Source: Candidatus Hodarchaeum mangrovi (GTDB lineage: Archaea; Asgardarchaeota; Heimdallarchaeia; Hodarchaeales; Hodarchaeaceae). Taken from it: a stretch of DNA of 17,043 nucleotides. Numbering within the stretch: the stretch's first letter is position 1; each line of letters opens with the position of its first letter. The stretch lies in assembly GCA_016839515.1 (NCBI GenBank), contig JAEOUE010000069.1:1-17043 (forward strand), given 5' to 3'. Positions 15,907 through 17,043 of this stretch are shown one piece after another. A model generated the notes under the pieces. The model was not told where the DNA came from. It made no database searches and was given only the letters and a program-made list of their open reading frames with translations. The position numbers and the translations under genes are program-made.

Positions 15907-16079
15907 TTATTGCAACCTTCATTAAAATTCTTTCATGGTATTTTCCAAAGAGTTATTAATATTAGTTTTGAAATCAATTTTACTTTCTGTTTGTTGGAGA
16001 AATCTTTTTTTCCATCTCAGGGTTAAAGGAATTACTCAATTTTAAAACATTTATCACATGATATTGATTAAATTATGGT

Positions 16080-16895
16080 ATGGGACAAAATATGACTTGC
16101 TTAGATGAAATATTTGGGATTAATAAACCCGTAATCGGGATGATTCATTTTCCTCCTCTTCCTAGTACTCCAGAATATAATGATAAGGAAGGATTACAGC
16201 AGATTTGGACAAGTACAAAACAAGATTTACTAGCATTACAGGAAGGAGGAATTGATGGGGTATTATTCTGTAATGAGGGTGACCGCCCCTATGCAAAGAG
16301 TGTCAATCCAGTTATTGTGGCTACAATGGCAGCTATTATCGGCCAATTAAAAAATGACATTTCTGTTCCCTTTGGTGTTGATATTATGTGGGATCCAGTT
16401 TCTGCTTTTGCACTTGCAAAAGGTACAGGTGCCAAGTTTATCAGGGGAGTCTTTACTGGAGCATTCGCAGGTGATATGGGATTTTTTGATGCAAACGGTG
16501 CAGAAGCACTTAGATTTCGAAAATCAATTGATGGTTCTGATATTAAAATTTTTAGTATTGTAAATGCGGAATTTGCGTATCCTCTTGATCAACGATCTCT
16601 AGCTCTTATTGCTAAAGGAGCAGTATTTGTTGGAATAGCTGATGCACTCTGCGTTTCAGGTCCTATGACTGGAATGGAAGCTAAATTGAATGAACTCAAA
16701 ATTGTTAAGGAAAACTCATTAGGGGCCGCAGTAATAGTAAATACAGGTGCTAGAATGGACAATATTGAAAAACAATTAGAAATTGCTGATGCTGTTATAG
16801 TGGGAACAAGCTTGAAGTTTGGAGGGGATACATGGAACAATGTAGATGTATCACGAGTAAAAGAGTTTATGCAGGTCGTTAGAAAAATTCGTTAA
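16080..16895 (+). CDS. BtpA/SgcQ family TIM-barrel protein
   Basis: KPVIGMIHFPPLP..P, LQEGGIDG..F.NEGDRPY, PFGVD, A.FIR, ADALCVSG..TG, NTG and ADAVIVGT.LK. Alternative ATG at 16092. Confidence 0.93.
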   Translation: MGQNMTCLDEIFGINKPVIGMIHFPPLPSTPEYNDKEGLQQIWTSTKQDLLALQEGGIDGVLFCNEGDRPYAKSVNPVIVATMAAIIGQLKNDISVPFGVDIMWDPVSAFALAKGTGAKFIRGVFTGAFAGDMGFFDANGAEALRFRKSIDGSDIKIFSIVNAEFAYPLDQRSLALIAKGAVFVGIADALCVSGPMTGMEAKLNELKIVKENSLGAAVIVNTGARMDNIEKQLEIADAVIVGTSLKFGGDTWNNVDVSRVKEFMQVVRKIR

Positions 16896-16935
16896 ATAAA
16901 ACTAAATCGTAAGACTTATTTTTTATGTGGTTATC

Positions 16936-17043
16936 ATGATAGAACTTCCTTTAACTACTAGATTTTTGAAAGCTTCCTTATTTGATCTAGATGGAGTTTT
17001 TATCGATAGCACACAGGGATGGGTGATGGCTCTTAAAGTAATC
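16936..17043 (+). CDS. HAD-superfamily phosphatase, 3'-truncated by the window edge
   Basis: Not in the ORF track. Manual translation gives MIELPLTTRFLKASLFDLDGVFIDSTQGWVMALKVI, with HAD motif I FDLDGVFIDS. Confidence 0.85.
   Translation, partial: MIELPLTTRFLKASLFDLDGVFIDSTQGWVMALKVI

Noticed and set aside
3571-16840. Other short ORFs (3571-3771, 5831-6022, 6882-7130, 9187-9444, 10440-10832, 11052-11312, 11697-11891, 15597-15812, 16354-16563, 16589-16840)
   Set aside because: All overlap confident genes antisense or out of frame and show no protein-family motifs.
1-17043. CRISPR arrays, tRNA/rRNA genes, IS elements or integrases
   Set aside because: No regularly spaced repeats, GC-rich structured RNA segments or transposase/recombinase motifs were seen by eye.

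Overview
AT-rich window, probably from a non-halophilic archaeon (inferred from an archaeal-type AbrB-PhoU regulator, TATA-box-like promoters and oligo-T ends; an Asgard-like host is a guess). Bases 1-4100 hold unrelated accessory genes: a partial YbjQ, a Cys/His-rich membrane protein, an MBL-fold hydrolase, a GNAT, a VOC protein and a possible DUF1257/DUF2997-like fusion. From about 4330 to the right edge there is one carbohydrate locus. It encodes a complete phosphoenolpyruvate:sugar phosphotransferase system (EI, HPr, and galactitol-family EIIA, EIIB, EIIC). With it are a DegT-family PLP aminotransferase, a DeoC-like class I aldolase, a class II aldolase/epimerase, a Zn-dependent dehydrogenase, YjbQ, BtpA/SgcQ, a truncated HAD phosphatase, an AbrB-PhoU regulator and an orphan membrane protein. 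The best candidate for an undescribed system is a self-contained archaeal PTS pathway for uptake and breakdown of an amino-sugar, amino-polyol or aminocyclitol. All family calls come from motifs recognised by eye; no searches were run.
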